A DNA stretch of 64,000 nt from Eledone cirrhosa (GCA_964016885.1 OZ024742.1:29326001-29390000); one strand, 5' to 3'; positions 16,121 through 31,612 are shown, numbered from the stretch's first letter. A program made the numbers and translations. Notes: generated by a model not told the origin, from the letters alone.

Positions 16121-16217
16121 GAATATATATACATATATACATATGTGTGCATATAAATAAATATCTATATATCTATATATATATATATGCATATGCACAC
16201 GTATATATATATGTTTG

Positions 16218-16258
<41 letters not shown>

Positions 16259-16719
16259 GTAAGCATATATATATAAGTGTTCTATGCTGTTGTGTATGTG
16301 AGCGCGGGCGTTAGTATATAAATATCTGGATATTTCGTCGTGAAATTCGTGTAGATAATTTTTCATCGTTTAGCTTTTCTATTGTGTTGCAATATTTCTA
16401 TATTGACTACTTTCTTTTTTTCCCTCTCTCTTTACTCATTCTTTTCTTCTTCTTCTTCTTCTTCTTCTTCTTCTTCTTCTAGTCTTATCTACTCCCAACC
16501 CCTCTCTATCTCCCTCTTTCCCTACCTCTCTCTCTTCTCTCTTGCCATTCTAGAAACGTCGATTGGCTCAATCATCAGTGAGGGTGTTAATTATACGAGG
16601 TGTTGGTTTTATCGTATTTACTTCTCCGACAAACATCGCTGGGTTACAGCGATATAAACTACGTTGCTTTTTAATAAGGATTTTCACGATCGATAATTTC
16701 TTATCACTCTCTCCTCCTG

Positions 16720-16753
<34 letters not shown>

Positions 16754-17559
16754 CTTCTTCTTCTTCTTCTTCTTCTTCTTCTTCTTCTTCTTCTTCTTCT
16801 TCTTCTTCTTCTTCTTCACCATTATCATGTTCATTATCATCATCATCATCATATTATTATTATTATTATTATTGTTGCTGTTGCTTCTGTTGCTCCCGTT
16901 GTTGTTGTGGTTGTTGTTGTTGCTATTGTTATCATTGGTACCAGTAAAACGTCCAGCAAATATATACAAAGATACATGAACTAACATACGTTCACACACA
17001 TTTATGTAAAATCACACACATGCACACACAGACAGCCACGTATGCGCCCACAGACACAAATATTTAATCAATATGTTCATAAATAAACAACGTAATAAGT
17101 ACTCAATACGCAGTAAAGTATATGATTTATTTAAACTTACTTCTTATTCTCTTGACTTGAGTTTCACGCCAGATTGATCTTGAGATGAGAAAGGAGTATT
17201 TCTACATGAACGTGATGTGAAGTTACACAATATCTAGACGAAACAAATACTCTAATTTATTTAATCTGTTTATTTGTCTTGCTATAGTTTGACCTAATAT
17301 TTCGGTCAATTCATCCCTCTTCCTTCAATATGTTTTGTATACATGTAACCATAACAACTGATTAAGTTGTAGGGATACAGTATATGACATTCCTTGGACG
17401 TTTAAAACTGATGGAACCGATCGTTCTCCGAGTCTTAACGCTGTCGATTTCTTTCACGGAAACGGTATGGTATAGTCCCGTGACTCCTGGGAGAATCGTA
17501 GGGGCACCACATTGACATACGGTGTTTCTTATGTATTTCAAGTCGGGCAGAGCCCATCT

Positions 17560-18003
17560 CTCTCCAGGCCTGGCTACAGCAGATTTCTTCCAGAAAAGGA
17601 TATAAAGTAAGGGGGGGTAGGTGAAAAAGAGATATAGAAACGACCCCAGTACTAGGCAGGTACTTATTTTATTGCCCTCAAAAGGAAGCAAGGCATTGTT
17701 GACCTCACCAGAATTTGAACTCAGAGAGACGAGAACAGGAACGAACACCACAAAGCCTTCTATCTGACATTCTAACGACTTTACCAATTCGCCGCCTTCC
17801 ATAGAAATAATCTAAAAGGTGGAGCATGGGAAAGAATAGTTGAAGAATCGACCTAGTACTGGACTAGTACATCATTTATCGACTCTGTAAGGATGAAAGG
17901 CAAAGATAACCTCGGCCTGATTTGAACTTAGAACGTAGAGAGACAGAAGGACTACTACGAAGCAGGTTATCCGACCTTCTAACGACTGTGCCAATTTGCC
18001 GCC
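17560..18003 (-). mobile_element. Two degenerate family 1 SINEs
   Basis: GAATTTGAACTCAG / GATTTGAACTTAG and CCAATTCGCCGCC ends, as in other copies. Confidence 0.7.
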
Positions 18004-18601
18004 ATTATTGAATATGTTATATTGAACAGTAAAACGAATTCCATAAAGACGTCTTTTTCACATTTCCACTTTGATTGTTTCAGTTTTATGTCCTGGATTT
18101 TTTTTCTTTCTTTCATTACATTTTGATTTTGTTTTTACTTTACATTAAAAAACATTGTAGCTTAATTTAGCGTCAGTTGATGAAGTTTTAAGTTAATAAC
18201 AATCACGCCATCTATTTTCTACCATTTGCCGATAATCTTGCTGTAGGAATTAAAAATATCCTATGTTCATTTCCATCCTATGCAATGTTAGTGACGTAAA
18301 TGCGATTATGCCGTGAAGTGTCCACGAATTAAAAGTCGTCCTTCAACTTACTGGCACTTCGTTAAAGACTAGTGCAGTTGTTGTGGAACTTGTTCTTACG
18401 CTTGATGAAGTCATTATTATTATTATTGTTATTGTTGTTGTTCATTGGCGGGGTGATGATGGTGGTGATTGTGGCGGTGTGGTGTCTTCTATTAGTTTTC
18501 TGTTTTGTTTGTTGTTTGTTGTTATTGTTGTTGTAGCTGTTAGTGTTGCATTTATTTGTCAAATACAGCTTGAAGAGAGCTGAATTAAAAAAGAACACAT
18601 A

Positions 18602-18700
<99 letters not shown>

Positions 18701-19113
18701 TTGTAAACAAATACACACACACACAAACACATATATATATATATATATATATAAACACCCAGCGGCGTCCTCATATACACCCACGCACTAACATAGATAT
18801 ATACACATAAGCACACATATATACTCACATATATCCATACACATGGGCCTTCATATATACACACATGCATTCACAGGCACTCACACGCCTTCATATATAC
18901 TTACACATACATTCACACAGGCATAGATATATACACACAGTTACTCACACACCCATACGTATACACAGGTACATATATGTACACATATATACACACACCT
19001 TCATATATATATACATAGACACTCACATATACACACATACACACAGGGACTCACATATAGACACACACACCTTCATATATACACACAGGGCCTTACATAT
19101 ACATATAAAGAAG

Positions 19114-19198
<85 letters not shown>

Positions 19199-19739
19199 AC
19201 CTACACCCACACGTCACACCACAGGCCGCCCTCTCCAATCCATATAAACACACGAAACAACGTTTTTAAACGACAGTGCAGTTTGTAATTCTAAATCAAA
19301 TGAAAGATTAAAATCATAATTTTCATAGTAACAACGAATTAGATAGTTTCTCTTTTGTTTCTCTTATCATTGTTATTATCATCATTATTACTATTATTAT
19401 TACTGTTGTTGTTATGCTTCTTATCGCTATTGTTCTTGTTGTTATTGTTACAGTTCATGTTATTGTTGTGGCTATTGTTTTTGTACGTTGGCTTTTCAGA
19501 GAATTTGGTTTTTATAGTTTCATTTTCATTACAGTTATTATTATAAATCATTATTATTATTATTATTATTAATACTATTATTATTATTATTATTATAATA
19601 AGTTATTATTGTTATTATTATAAATTATTATTGTTATTATTGTAAGTTATTATTGTTATTATTATAAATTATTATTGTTATTATTGTAAGTTATTATTGT
19701 TATTATTATAAATTAATTATTTTATTATTATTATTATTA

Positions 19740-19770
<31 letters not shown>

Positions 19771-20038
19771 AAGTTATTATTGTTATTATTATAAATTATT
19801 ATTGTTATTGTTATTAATTATTATTGTTTTTCTGACTATTATTGTTTATATTGTTCATGTCGCCGATCTTTTTAGATTTATTTCCATGTTTTTGTTGTTG
19901 GTTTTTAGTTGTTTTTTGTTAGTTTTCCTACAATTTTCTTTCCATCAGATAATTATTAGAGATTTGATGAAATAAAATCTTTAAAATATTTTTTTTTCTT
20001 TTTTCCTTTTAAAAATTAGACAACCTGACATATCTATG

Positions 20039-20106
<68 letters not shown>

Positions 20107-20176
20107 TATATATATATATAGATATATATATATATAGATAGATATATAGATATATATATATATAGAAATAGATGTA

Positions 20177-20207
<31 letters not shown>

Positions 20208-20262
20208 AGATATATATATATAGATATAGATACATAGATATGTACATGTATTTATATGCATG

Positions 20263-20299
<37 letters not shown>

Positions 20300-20321
20300 C
20301 ACATATATATATACACACACA

Positions 20322-20435
<114 letters not shown>

Positions 20436-20485
20436 TATATGAGTATGTATTTATAGATATATATGCATATATATATATATATATT

Positions 20486-20517
<32 letters not shown>

Positions 20518-21037
20518 ATATTTGTGTGTGAGTGCGTTGTACACAATAGAGTCTGGGTATATATATATATATGTGTGTGTGTGTGTATGTGTGTATGGGC
20601 GGGTGTGTTTGTGTGTATACGTGTGTGTGTGTGTAAGGAGGGTTGTATGTCTGTGTATATGTGTGTGTGTGTTGGGGGGGGCTATATGTGTGTGTATATG
20701 TGTGTGTTGGGAGGGCTGTATGTGTGTGTATATGTGTGTGTGTAAGGAGGGTTGTATGTGTGTATGTAGTGAAAAAAATGTTGTTTATCTTTGAGAAGCA
20801 TTCAATCAGATTATTTAATTAAACTAAAAACTATTTCAACTAATAACATTAAAGATAAAAACAAATTTAAATCAATGATGGAGATAAAAAAAATAAACTT
20901 TTATTTGTAACAAACATTAGAGGAAAATATTGGGAAACATAGGAATATATATACATACTTCAGATACACGTGTGAGTGGATATACGTAGATAGATATATT
21001 GTAAATATATAATATATATCTATGTGTACATTTCTAT

Positions 21038-21161
<124 letters not shown>

Positions 21162-21203
21162 TTCAAAATATTAACAAAAATAGATATTCTTGTGATCAAG
21201 TAT

Positions 21204-21268
21204 ATTTTATTATACATATTTCAGAGGTACTGAGTTAACTTCAACAGTACGTCCTCATCAGATAAAAT
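21204..21268 (-). ncRNA. Type I minimal hammerhead ribozyme
   Basis: ATTTTAT-CTGATGA-GGACGTACTG..CAGTACCTCT-GAAA-TATGTA-TA-ATAAAAT; 7-bp stem I, AUA triplet. Confidence 0.8.
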
Positions 21269-21368
21269 AAGATGATGCATGACATACCCTGACATCGTAG
21301 AGTGTTAAGATTCAGTCATAGTAGAATCTTAACCATTTACTATGTCAGGGTATGTCATGCATCATTTT

Positions 21369-21433
21369 ATTTTATCTGATGAGGACGTACTGTTGAAGTT
21401 AGCTCAGTACCTCTGAAATATGTATAATAAAAT
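21369..21433 (+). ncRNA. Type I minimal hammerhead ribozyme
   Basis: Read directly: attttat ctgatga ggacgtactg ttgaagttagct cagtacctct gaaa tatgtata ataaaat. Confidence 0.8.
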
Positions 21434-21604
21434 ATACTTCATCACACGAATGTCTATTTTCGTTAATATTTTGAATTAATATTAATAACTCCGGAAAACC
21501 AAACTGTTGAGTGCTTCCAATCTATTGTAAAACACATTCTTTGATTTATTCATTGAACCTTGTTTAACTTTTAAATATATATATATATATATATATATAC
21601 ATAC

Positions 21605-21673
<69 letters not shown>

Positions 21674-21690
21674 CGTATATATATATATAC

Positions 21691-21790
<100 letters not shown>

Positions 21791-21829
21791 TATATATGTA
21801 TATATATATATATATAAATATATATATAT

Positions 21830-21950
<121 letters not shown>

Positions 21951-22123
21951 TATATAGAGATATGTTAGCATATATCTATACACACGCACACACACCTATT
22001 TATATATATATATATATATATACATGTTCGTATGCATGTATATATATATATATATATATATATATGCATGTGTATATATATATATATATATTCTATTATA
22101 TTATGTATATATATATATATATA

Positions 22124-22159
22124 TACACCCGTAAATATCCGGGTGTATGTGCTTACTAG
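22124..22159 (+). mobile_element. Possible Helitron 3' terminus
   Basis: Hairpin TACACCCG-8 nt-CGGGTGTA followed 8 nt later by CTAG|T. Confidence 0.4.
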
Positions 22160-22260
22160 TCAGTGGGTTTCAGTGTCTTGTATAACTATCTTTTTCTAAT
22201 TAATATTTGCAAAGCCGGAAATAATTTCACATTGTCCTGGTCAGAAGGTTTATATATATG

Positions 22261-22293
<33 letters not shown>

Positions 22294-22445
22294 TTGTGTG
22301 TATGTGTGCTTGTGTGTGTATACATAGATATTATATTTACATATACATATATTTGTATATATATATATGAATATATATCCCTGTATGTATATATATCCAT
22401 ATTTATTTGCAAATATTTATATATCTATATATACATATGTATATT

Positions 22446-22617
<172 letters not shown>

Positions 22618-22629
22618 TACTCACACACA

Positions 22630-22705
<76 letters not shown>

Positions 22706-23192
22706 AACCACTTGCCACTGGATCAGAAGAAAACGTTGAATTAAATCAAATATAATTTAAAAAAATAATAATAAATGACATAACTATTAAAATATAAACA
22801 CATACATATACATACAGAAAATACAACAACAAACCCAACAAGTACAACCACCACAACGACAACAACAACTACAATAATAACAGCAATTACAAAGATCACT
22901 AAGGAATGGAAAGAGTAAACAAGGTTTCGGTTCGTTAAATGATTCTCTGGTGGACACTCTTTGTTTAATTTGAATTCTTGGTAACAAAAGCAAGGAAAAC
23001 CACGCGAGTTCTAATGAGATTTCCTGCTGACTTTCATGTTTTCATCTGAACCAATAGTTGAGATACCACAGATGAAATGGCAGTTATTTCTGTGGGGATT
23101 ATTGTTTGTTTGTTTTTTCATTAATTAATTTATTTATTTTTGCTTCTTAAATGCTTCTTTAATCAATACAAGACCTTTAAACACACACAGAG

Positions 23193-23343
<151 letters not shown>

Positions 23344-23365
23344 CTATATATATATCTCTCTCTCA

Positions 23366-23430
<65 letters not shown>

Positions 23431-23447
23431 AATATATATAAATATAT

Positions 23448-23558
<111 letters not shown>

Positions 23559-23565
23559 AATATAT

Positions 23566-23745
<180 letters not shown>

Positions 23746-23982
23746 GTGTGTGTGTGTGTATGAGTATATATATATATATATATATATGAATCTAACTGTA
23801 CCGTATCGTTAGAAGTACCTAACTATAATTAGCTTGTCAGAGACGTGAGTTCAATAACAATGGTGGCATGTCATGGCGTTAATAATTATACTTTTTACTT
23901 GGTCGCCATTGATTTCGTTGTTGTTAGTATTGATGTTGTTATTGTTGTTGTTTCTAGTGGTGTTGTTGGTGTTGCTTATTTT

Positions 23983-26900
23983 GGTGGTAGACGTGGTGGT
24001 AGTGGTGGTGGACGTGGTGGTTGTGGTGGTAGTGATGGTAGTGGTGGTAGTGGTGGTAGTGATGGCAGTGGTGGCAGTGATGGTAGTGGTGGTAGAGGTG
24101 GTAGTGATGGTAGTGGTGGTAGTGGTGGCAGTGATGGTAGTGATGGTAGTGGTGGTAGTGATGGTAGTGGTGGTAGTGGTGGCAGTGATGGTAGTGGTGG
24201 TAGTGGTGGCAGTGATGGTAGTGGTGGTAGTGATGGTAGTGGTGGTGGACGTGGTGGTTGTGGTGGTAATGATGGTAGTGGTGGTAGTGGTGGCAGTGAT
24301 GGTAGTGGTGGTAGTGATGGTAGTGGTGGTGGACGTGGTGGTTGTGGTGGTAATGATGGTAGTGGTGGTAGTGGTGGCAGTGATGGTAGTGGTGGTAGTG
24401 GTGGTAGTGATGGTTGTGGTGGTAGTGGTGGCAGTGATGGTAGTGATGGTAGTGGTGGTAGTGGTGGTAGTGGTGGTAGTGGTGGTAGTGATGGTAGTGG
24501 TGGTAGTGGTGGCAGTGATGGTAGTGGTGGTAGTGGTGGTAGTGATGGTAGTGGTGGTAGTGGTGGCAGTGATGGTAGTGGTGGTAGTGGTGCTAGTGAT
24601 GGTAGTGGTGGTAGTGGTGGTAGTGGTGGTAGTGGTGGTAGTGGTGGCAGTGATGGTAGTGGTGGTAGTGGTGGCAGTGATGGTAGTTGTGGTAGTGGTG
24701 GTAGTGGTGGTGGACGTGGTGGTTGTGGTGGTAATGATGGTAGTGGTGGTAGTGGTGGTAGTGATGGTAGTAGTGGCAGTGATGGTAGTGGTGGTAGTGG
24801 TGGTAGTGGTGGTAGTGGTGGTAGTGGTGGTAGTGGTGGTGGACGTGGTGGTTGTGGTGGTAATGATGGTAGTGGTGGTAGTGGTGGTAGTGATGGTAGT
24901 GGTGGCAGTGATGGTAGTGGTATTAGTGGTGGTAGTGGTGGCAGTGATGGTAGTGGTGGTAGTGGTGGCAGTGATGGTAATGGTGGTAGTGGTGGTAGTG
25001 GTGGTGGACGTGGTGGTTGTGGTGGTAATGATGGTAGTGGTGGTAGTGGTGGTAGTGATGGTAGTGGTGGCAGTGATGGTAGTGGTGGTAGTGGTGGCAG
25101 TGATGGTAGTGGTGGTAGTGGTGGCAGTGATGGTAGTGGTGGTAGTGGTGGTAGTGGTGGTGGACGTGGTGGTTGTGGTGGTAATGATGGTAGTGGTGGT
25201 AGTGGTGGTAGTGATGGTAGTGGTGGCAGTGATGGTAGTGGTGGTAGTGGTGGTAGTGGTGGCAGTGATGGTAGTGGTGGTAGTGGTGGCAGTGATGGTA
25301 GTGGTGGTAGTGGTGGTAGTGGTGGTGGACGTGGTGGTTGTGGTGGTAATGATGGTAGTGGTGGTAGTGGTGGTAGTGATGGTAGTGGTGGCAGTGATGG
25401 TAGTGGTGGTAGTGGTGGTAGTGGTGGCAGTGATGGTAGTGGTGGTAGTGGTGGCAGTGATGGTAGTGGTGGTAGTGGTGGTAGTGGTGGTGGACGTGGT
25501 GGTTGTGGTGGTAATGATGGTAGTGGTGGTAGTGGTGGTAGTGATGGTAGTGGTGGCAGTGATGGTAGTGGTGGTAGTGGTGGTAGTGGTGGCAGTGATG
25601 GTAGTGGTGGTAGTGGTGGCAGTGATGGTAGTGGTGGTAGTGGTGGTAGTGGTGGTGGACGTGGTAGTTGTGGTGGTAATGATGGTAGTGGTGGTAGTGG
25701 TGGTAGTGATGGTAGTGGTGGCAGTGATGGTAGTGGTGGTAGTGGTGGTAGTGATGGTAGTGGTGGTAGTGGTGGTAGTGGTGGTAATGATGGTAGTGGT
25801 GGTAGTGGTGGTAGTGATGGTAGTGGTGGCAGTGATGGTAGTGGTGGTAGTGGTGGTAATGATGGTAGTGGTGGTAGTGGTGGTAGTGATGGTAGTGGTG
25901 GCAGTGATGGTAGTGGTGGTAGTGGTGGTAGTGATGGTAGTGGTGGTAGTGATGGAAGTGATGGTAGTGGTGGTAGTGGTGGTAGTGATGGTAGTAGTGG
26001 TAGTGGTGGTAGTGGTGGCAGTGGATGGTAGTGGTGGTAGTGATGGTAGTGGTGGTAGTGGTGGTAGTGATGGTAGTGGTGGTAGTGGTGGTAATGGTGG
26101 TAGTGTTGGTGGTAGTGGTGGTAGTGGTGGTAATGGTGGTAGTGGTGGTAGTGGTGGTAGTGATGGTAGTGGTGGTAGTGGTGGTAGTGGTGGCAGTGAT
26201 GGTAGTAGTGGTAGTGGTGGTAATGGTGGTAGTGATGGTAGTGGTGGTAGTGGTGGTAGTGATGGTATTGGTGGTAGTGGTGGTAGTGGTGGCAGTGATG
26301 GTAGTGGTGGTAGTGATGGTAGTGGTGGTAGTGGTGGTAGTGATGGTAGTAGTGGTAGTGGTGGTAATGGTGGTAGTGATGGTAGTGGTGGTAGTGGTGG
26401 TAGTGATGGTAGTGGTGGTAGTGGTGGTAGTGGTGGCAGTGATGGTAGTGGTGGTAGTGATGGCAGTGGTGGTAGTGGTGGTAGTGATGGTAGTGATGGT
26501 AGTGGTGGTAGTGGTGGTAGTGATGGTAGTGATAGTAGTGATGATTATGGTGGTAGTGGTGGTAGTGGTGGCAGTGATGGTAGTGGTGGTAGTGGTGGTA
26601 GTGGTGGTAGTGATGGTAGTGGTGGTAGTGGTGGTAGTGATGGTAGTGGTGGTAGTGGTGGAAGTGATGGTAGTGGTGGTAGTGGTGGTAGTGATGGTAG
26701 TAGTGGTAGTGTTCGAGGTGGTGGTAGTGGTGGCAGTGATGGTAGAGGTGGTAGTGGTGGCAGTGATGGTAGTGATTGTAGTGATGGTAGTGGTGGTAGT
26801 GATGGTAGTGGTGGTAGTGGTGGTAGTGGTGGTAGTGGTGGTAGTGATGGTAGTGGTGGTAGTGATGGTAGTGGTGGTAGTGGTGGTGGTGGTAGTGGTG

Positions 26901-29900
26901 GTATAGTGGTAGTGGTAGTAGTGGTGGTAGTGATGGTAGTGGTGGTAGTGATGGTAGTGGTGGTAGTGGTGGTAGTGGTGGTAGTGATGCTAGTGGTGTT
27001 AGTGGTAGTAGTGGTGGTAGTGGTGGTAGTGGTTGCAGTGATGGTAGTGGTGGTAGTGGTGGTATAGGTGGTAGTGATGGTAGTGGTGGTAGTGGTGGTA
27101 GTGATGGTAGTGATGGTACTGGTGGTATAGGTGGTAGTGGTGATGGTGATGGTAGTGGTGGTAGTGATGGTAGTGATGGTAGTGATGGTAGTCGTGGTAG
27201 TGATGGTAGTGGTGGTAGTGGTGGGAGTGATGGCAGTGGTGGTAGTGATGGTAGTGGTGATAGTGGTGGTAGTGGTGGTAGTGATTGTATTGATGGTAGT
27301 GGTGGTAGTGGTGGTAGAGGTGGTAGTTGTTGTAGTGGTGGTAGTGGTAGTGATGGTAGTGATGGTAGTGATGGTAGTGGTGATAGTGGTGGTAGTGGTG
27401 GTAGTGATGGTAGTAGTGGTAGTGGTGGTAGTGATGGTAGTGGTGGTAGTGGTGGTAGTGATGGTAGTGGTGCTACTGATGGTAGTGGTGGTAGTGGTGG
27501 TAGTGGGGTAGTGATGGTAGTCGTGGTAGTGATGGTAGTGGTGGTAGTGACGGTAATGGTGGTAGTGGTGGTAGTGGTGGTAGTGATGGTAGTGATGGTA
27601 GTGGTTGTAGTAGTGGTAGTGGTGATAGTGGTGGTAGTAGTGGTGGTGGTGGTATTGGTGGTAGTGGTGATAGTGGTGATAGTGATGGTAGTGATGGTGG
27701 TAGTGGTGGTAGTGGTGGTATTGTTAGTGGTGATAGTGGTGATAGTGATGGTAGTGATTGTAGTGGTGGTAATGGTGGTAGTGGTGGTAGTGATGGTAGT
27801 GGTGGTAGTGGTGGCCGCCATGATAGTGGTGGTAGTGGTGATAGTGATGGTAGTGGTGGTAGTAATGGTAGTGGTGGTAGTATTGGTAGTGGTGGTAGTG
27901 ATGGTACTGGTGGTAGTAGTGGTAGTGGTGGTAGTGGTGGTAGTGATGGTAGTAGTGGTAGTGGTGGTAGTGATGGTAGTAGTGGTAGTGGTGGTAGTGA
28001 TGGTGGTGGTGGTAGTAGTGGTAGTGGTGGTATTAGTGGTAGTGGTGGTAGTGATGGTAGTAGTGGTAGTGGTGGTAATGGTGGTAGTGGTGGTAGTGAT
28101 GGTAGTAGTGGTAGTGGTGGTAGTGGTGGTAGTGGTGGTAATGGTGGTAGTGATGGTAGTGATGGTAGGGATGGTAGTGATGGTAGTGGTGGTAGTGGTG
28201 GTAGTGGTGGTAGTGGTGATAGTGATGGTCGTGGTGGTAGTGGTGGTAGTGGTGGTAGTGGTGGTAGTGATGGTAGTGGTGGTAGTGATGGTAGTAGTGG
28301 TAGTGATGGTAGTGGTGGTAGTGATGGTAGTGGTGGTAGTGGTGGTAGTATTGGTATTGGTGGTAGTGGTAGTAGTGGTGGTAGTGGTGGTAGAAGTGGT
28401 AGTTGTGGTAGTGGTGGTAGGGATGGTAGTGATGGTAGTGATGGTAGTAGTGGTAGTGATGGTAGTGGTGGTAGTGATGGTAGTGGTGGTAGTGGTGGTA
28501 GTGGTGGTAGTGGAGGTAGTGATGATAGTGGTGCTAGTGATGGTAGTGGTGGTAGTGGTGGTAGTGGTGGTAGAAGTGATAGTTGTGGTAGTGATGGTAG
28601 TGATGGTAGTGATGGTAGTGATGGTAGTGATGGTAGTGGTGCTACTGATGGTAGTGGTGGTTGTAGTGGTAGTGATGGTAGGGATGGTAGTGGAGGTAGT
28701 GATGGTAGTGGTGCTAGTGATGGTAGTGGTGGTAGTGGTGGTAGTGGTAGTAGTGATGGTAGTGGTGGTAGTGATGGCAGTCGTGGTAGTGATGGTAGTG
28801 GTGGTAGTGATGGCAGTGGTGGTAGTGTTGGTAGTGGTGGCAGTGGTGGTAATGGTGGTAGTGGTGTTGTTGATGGTAGTGGTGGTATTGATGGTTGTGG
28901 TGGTAGTGATGGCAGTGGTGTTAGTGATGGTAGTGATGGTAGTGGTGGTAGTGGTGGTAGTGGTGTTGGTGATGGTATTGATGGTAGTGGTGGTAGTGGT
29001 GGTAGTGATGGTACTGATGGTTGTGATGGTAGTGATGGTAGTGGTGGTAGTGGTGGTAGTGGTGTTAGTGATGGTTGTGGTGGTAGTGATGGCAGTGGTG
29101 TTAGTGGTGATAGTGATGGTAGTGATGGTAGTGGTGGTAGTGATGGTAGTGGTGGTAGTGGTGGTAGTGCTGGTATTGATGGTAGTGGTGGTAGTGGTGG
29201 TAGTGATGGTAGTGATGGTTGTGATTGTAGTGATGGTAGTGGTGGTAGTGGTGGTAGTGGTGTTAGTGATGGTAGTGGTGGTAGTGGTGGTTGTGGTGGT
29301 AGTGATGGTAGTGATGGTAGTGGTGGTAGTGGTGTTAGTGGTGTTAGTGATGGTAGTGGTGGTTGTGATGGTAGTGGTGGTATTAGTGGTTGTGGTGGTA
29401 GTGATGGTAGTAGTAGTAGTGATGGTAGTGATGGTAGTGATGGTAGTCGTGGTAGTGATGGTAGTGGTCGTAGTGGTGGTAGTGATGGTAGTGGTGGTTG
29501 TGGTGGTAGTGATGGTAGTGATGGTAGTGGTGGTAGTGGTGGTAGTGGTGTTAGTGATGGTAGTGGTGGTAGTGATGGTAGTGGTGGTATTAGTGGTTGT
29601 GGTGGTAGTGATGGTAGTCGTGGTAGTGATGGTAGTGGTGTTAGTGCTGGTAGTGATGGTAGTGGTGGTTGTGGTGGTAGTGATGGTAGTGATGGTAGTG
29701 GTGGTAGTGGTGGTAGTGGTGTTAGTGATGGTAGTGGTGGTAGTGATGGTAGTGGTGGTAGTGGTGGTAGTGGTGGGAGTGGTGTTAGTGGTGGTAGTGA
29801 TGGTAGTGATGGTAGTGGTGGTAGTGATGGTAGTGGTGGTAGTGATGGTAGTGGTGGTAGTGGTGGTAGTGGTGGGAGTGGTGTTAGTGATGGTAGTGGT

Positions 29901-30147
29901 GGTTGTGGTGGTAGTGATGGTAGTGATGGTAGTGATGGTAGTGGTGGTAGTGGTGGTAGTGGTGGGAGTGGTGTTAGTGATGGTAGTGATGGTAGTGGTG
30001 GTAGTGATGGTAGTGGTGGTAGTGATGTTAGAGGTAGCGGTGTTAGTGTTAGTAGTTGACTGTAGTGGTGGTAGTGGTGGTAGTGATGGTAGTGGTGGTA
30101 GTGGTGGTATTAGTGGTAGTGGTGGTAGTGGTGGTAGTGATGGTAGT
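23983..30147. repeat. About 6.1 kb GGT/AGT/GAT satellite (9-mer GGTAGTGRT) with a 165-bp higher-order unit
   Basis: Marker GGACGTGGT recurs at 24841, 25006, 25162, 25327, 25492 and 25657 (spacing 165, once 156). Confidence 0.95.
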
Positions 30148-30281
30148 GTCCGACCCACTACCGATACTACCAATCCACCGCCCTTAACAATAATAATAAT
30201 TGTTTCTACTTTTGGCACAAGGCCAGCAATAACCCAGTGTATTACTGGTACTTTATTTTATCGACCCCGTAAGGATGAAAG
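30148..30281 (-). mobile_element. Junction of two partial family 1 SINEs
   Basis: CCAATCCACCGCCC head, (AAT)n, then TTGGCACAAGGCCAGC...GACCCCGTAAGGATGAAA. Confidence 0.75.
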
Positions 30282-30934
30282 ATGGATTACGTTACTGATT
30301 AAATAAGACAGTGTAACGTAGTCTTCGTTCAATTTCTATGTATTATATATTGTCAATTACTATTTTATTTGATGTATCATATCTACATGTATAGATACTT
30401 GCGTATAATATCAATATACACACTACACCTGCTAGCAGAAAACCACCCTTCGGGTGGTTTTCTGCTAGTGAGAATAGTAGACGTGACCCCGATTAGTTAA
30501 ACTTCTGATCAACAATCTATCTACAATTGATGGGGCAATACCTAAAGGTTGTGGAAGACATCTTGGTTCGGCTACAACCGGAGACACACAGGACTAAATT
30601 CAGAAAGTTCAGGTAGCAGTCGAGAGAGAGTAGGGTCTTTATATGGTTAAAGTTTATTGGAATTTTAGAGTTTCCTGATCCTACTTATATAGTGGTGTCA
30701 ATTTCCTTTTTATATATAAGTTTCTTTGTTTACTAAATGTTTGCTTTTCATACTGTATTATAATTTTTATCTTGTTCCAGTTGTTGTATGTGTTTGACCT
30801 ATTGGTACGTGAGTTGGGGTTTATAATTGTAATACCATGGGTTCGATTCATAATACTTCGATATTTCACTTCACATTGTTCTAGTTCACTCAGCAGAATC
30901 AGGAGTACCAACCTTAAAAATAATAATAATAATA

Positions 30935-31136
30935 ACTGATTCTACTTTAGGCACAAGGCCAGCAATTTGAAAGGGGAGTCATTTAAATTAACCCTTGTGT
31001 ATTACTGGTACTTTATTCTATCGACCTCGTAAGGGTAAAAGGCAAAGCTAACCTCGGCGGGATTTGAACACAGAACATAACGTCCATAACTCTATGCTGC
31101 GAAGCATGTTGTCCGATGCTCTGCCGATACTGCCAA
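30935..31136 (-). mobile_element. Family 1 SINE
   Basis: AGGCACAAGGCCAGC...CTCGGCGGGATTTGAAC...TACTGCCAA. Confidence 0.85.
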
Positions 31137-31276
31137 ATAATTGTTTCTTTATTGGCCACAAGTGCCTACATATAAGGGACAATACCAAAACAGGGAGAGT
31201 GAGAGTTTACAATAGGATCGAATGAAATATATATATACATATATATATATATATATGTGCATATATATATATATAT

Positions 31277-31607
31277 ATTAATAAATCGAAAATATCTTTA
31301 TAATACTATATTTATTTTATTATACGTATTTCAAGGATACTAAATCTTAGTATGCTTTCATCAGATAAAATATAATATTTGGTCTTAAGATATTGACATA
31401 CCTTAGCGTAAACGTAATAGTATAAGCCCGCTATCGGCAGGGAGGTAAAAATAAATATGGTATAATAAAATAAATATGGTATAATAAAATAAATATGGTA
31501 TAATAAATAAATATGGTATTATAAAGATATTTTCCATTTATTAATATTGTTAATATTAATAATACTCCAGATAAAATACTGTAAAGTGCTTCTAATCTGT
31601 TATAAAA

Positions 31608-31612
<5 letters not shown>
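31277..31612. mobile_element. PLE-like fold-back insert, family C
   Basis: 31278-31323 is inverted at 31500-31545 with a 19-bp unit triplicated. The end ACTCC...AGTGCTTCTAATCTG resembles the family A terminus. Confidence 0.7.
31314..31371 (-). ncRNA. Type I minimal hammerhead ribozyme
   Basis: ATTTTAT-CTGATGA-AAGCATAC..GTATCCTT-GAAA-TACGTA-TA-ATAAAAT; perfect palindromic stem III ATACGTAT. Confidence 0.8.

Noticed and set aside
23845-30306. Long Gly/Ser, Val, Thr/Pro/His ORFs up to 2080 aa
   Set aside because: Stop-poor triplet satellite open in several frames on both strands, with frame slips.
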